Source of the DNA: an uncultured SAR86 cluster bacterium
GTDB lineage: Bacteria; Pseudomonadota; Gammaproteobacteria; Magnimaribacterales; D2472
DNA: 64,000 nt
Assembly: GCA_902602185.1 (NCBI GenBank)
Contig: CACKPV010000001.1
Location: 170,827 to 234,826 of the forward strand
Direction of reading: 5' to 3'
In this document: positions 63,437 to 64,000 of the stretch, one piece after another
Layout: every line of letters begins with the position of its first letter
How positions within the stretch are numbered: the stretch's first letter is position 1
The notes under the pieces: model-generated
Seen by the model: only the letters and a program-made list of their open reading frames with translations
The model's database searches: none
Told to the model about the DNA's origin: nothing
Made by a program: the position numbers and the translations under genes

Positions 63437-64000
63437 CTTTGAAAGGTTGTCTTGCCATGACATCAAGCATTCTAAAATCAACAGAATATGCAATTGTGTC
63501 GTAGCCAATTCTAACTTTATCAGCAATTAACTTGGGATCAGGTTCAACTATGTGAATACCTCTTTGAATATCAAATTTTTTTGCTGTCTCTAAGACTTTT
63601 TGCTCAAGCTGCAAAAATTCTTCTGCATTAAATTCAGCAGGCTTACCTATGGAGGCAGATAAATCATAAGGCCCGAGAAAATATCCGGTAATCGGATTAT
63701 CAAAAATTTCTTCAATTTTTTCTACTGCTAGTTTTGATTCGATTTGAACAAATACTTCAATTTCAGATGCTATTTGTGAGATATATGCTTGCTTGGATTT
63801 TGCTTCTCCATAGCCTTGAGCACGATATAATCCCATCCCGCGCTTACCAACTGGTGGATAAAACGCAGCATCAAGAACTTTTGAAACTTCTTGAGCTGAA
63901 TTAACCATAGGAACAATTATGCCTTTTGCACCAAAATCTAAAACTTTTTTTATCTCCGCAGCATTATTAGAAGAAACTCGAACATAAGGTTTAGCTCCGG
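63429..64000 (-). CDS. HpcH/HpaI pyruvate-dependent aldolase family protein, 5' part outside the window
   Basis: Frame is open to the window edge: GAKPYVRV...VLDFGAKGIIVPMV, YPPVGKRG, QIES, GPYDLS. Confidence 0.92.
   Translation of the reverse strand, partial: GAKPYVRVSSNNAAEIKKVLDFGAKGIIVPMVNSAQEVSKVLDAAFYPPVGKRGMGLYRAQGYGEAKSKQAYISQIASEIEVFVQIESKLAVEKIEEIFDNPITGYFLGPYDLSASIGKPAEFNAEEFLQLEQKVLETAKKFDIQRGIHIVEPDPKLIADKVRIGYDTIAYSVDFRMLDVMARQPFKDA

Noticed and set aside
1-64000. tRNA, rRNA, CRISPR arrays, IS elements and known riboswitches
   Set aside because: Intergenic gaps are all about 100 bp or less and show no such structures or periodic repeats by eye; an Rfam or tRNAscan run would confirm this.

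Overview
AT-rich (roughly one-third GC by eye), tightly packed chromosomal segment of a streamlined gammaproteobacterium. Gene order and compaction suggest a marine SAR86-like lineage, which is an inference. From left to right it holds: the 3' end of umuC, DUF1289 and acnB; a long minus-strand housekeeping run (5'-nucleotidase, thrH, queH, prpB-prpC-DUF4399-prpD, aroC, leuCDB, asd, FimV-like, truA, trpFBA, accD, SPOR protein, cvpA, purF, with folC absent from its usual slot); lexA with an SOS box; topA, pyrD, galU, rhomboid and nadK; a lipid/branched-chain catabolic block (two acyl-CoA dehydrogenase pairs, a nitronate monooxygenase, and an AtuA/AtuC/AtuF/AtuE-like carboxylase cluster); prc, xthA and tadA; an accessory stretch (exonuclease I, TMEM164/YwaF-type protein, an orphan T4-like/cyanophage-type adenine methyltransferase, PepSY protein, guaC, GST, apt); a small probable island remnant at the guaA 3' end (imperfect direct repeat, IHF-like site, DUF1653 gene, and a nonsense-interrupted acidic ORF missed by the ORF track); guaBA, phhB, fumC, a class II aldolase and an aldehyde dehydrogenase; and the edge of a surface-glycan locus (HpcH aldolase, KdsB-like, ELM1/GtrOC1). 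I found no rRNA, tRNA, CRISPR array, transposase or integrase. All product calls come from recognising motifs; no database search was run.
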